Positions 63,672-64,000 of a stretch of 64,000 nucleotides of DNA are shown piece by piece. Positions within the stretch are counted from its first letter, which is position 1, and each line of letters starts with the position of its first letter. The stretch is from the human T2T-CHM13v2.0 reference genome, Homo sapiens. Under the pieces are notes generated by a model. The model saw only the letters and a program-made list of their open reading frames with translations. It had not been told where the DNA came from and made no database searches. The stretch is from NCBI RefSeq assembly GCF_009914755.1, contig NC_060932.1; one strand, given 5' to 3'. The translations under genes and the position numbers were made by a program.

Positions 63672-64000
63672 TGCATTACTTTCCTGTGGCTGCCATAACA
63701 ATGAACCACAGACTAGGAAGCTTAAAACAACAGAAATTTATTGTCTCACAGCTGTGGAGGCCGGAAATCTGAAACCGGGGGGTCAGCAAGCAGGGCCGTG
63801 CCCCCCTGTGAAGGCTTTAGGGAAGGATCCTGTCCTGCCTCTCCGGGCAGCTGGTGGTTTTCTGGCAGTCCTTGGGTTCCTTGGCTTGTGGATGCGTCCC
63901 TCACTCTGATCTCCGACTCCTTCACACGGCTGCCTTCTCCCTGCGTGTCTGTGTTCATGTGGCCATCTCCTTAGAAGGACACCAGTCATGGTGGGTTAGG
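63672..64000 (-). mobile_element. MLT1-type (MaLR) LTR, cut by the window edge
   Basis: tttcctgtggctgccataaca...cttaaaacaacagaaatttattgtctcacag...aaggacaccagtcat. Confidence 0.8.

Overview
Primate (human-like) genomic DNA, recognisable as the chr8q24.3 KRAB zinc-finger/RPL8 locus. In order: the 5' part of ZNF34 (minus; its zinc-finger exon runs off the left edge), the complete RPL8 gene (minus; spliced CDS 774 nt, 257 aa, with the MIR6850 hairpin in a 77-nt intron), the complete ZNF517 gene (plus; 1479 nt, 492 aa, KRAB plus 10 C2H2 fingers) and the 5' part of ZNF7 (plus; KRAB-A/B exons). Repeats are dense: many Alus, three ERVK-class solo LTRs (LTR3-like, LTR5_Hs, LTR13), MLT/MER LTRs, L1M fragments, a 7SL pseudogene and two VNTRs (70 bp x17; 49 bp x~8). 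I see no new protein-coding system. The most unusual signal is a set of locally templated copies. Two are inverted duplications of almost the same length (163-166 bp, ~92-93% identity by hand alignment) with junction direct repeats; one pair brackets most of RPL8. There is also a 59-bp direct templated insert and a fold-back palindrome. Gene names and repeat subfamilies come from recall, not a database search; repeat boundaries are approximate.
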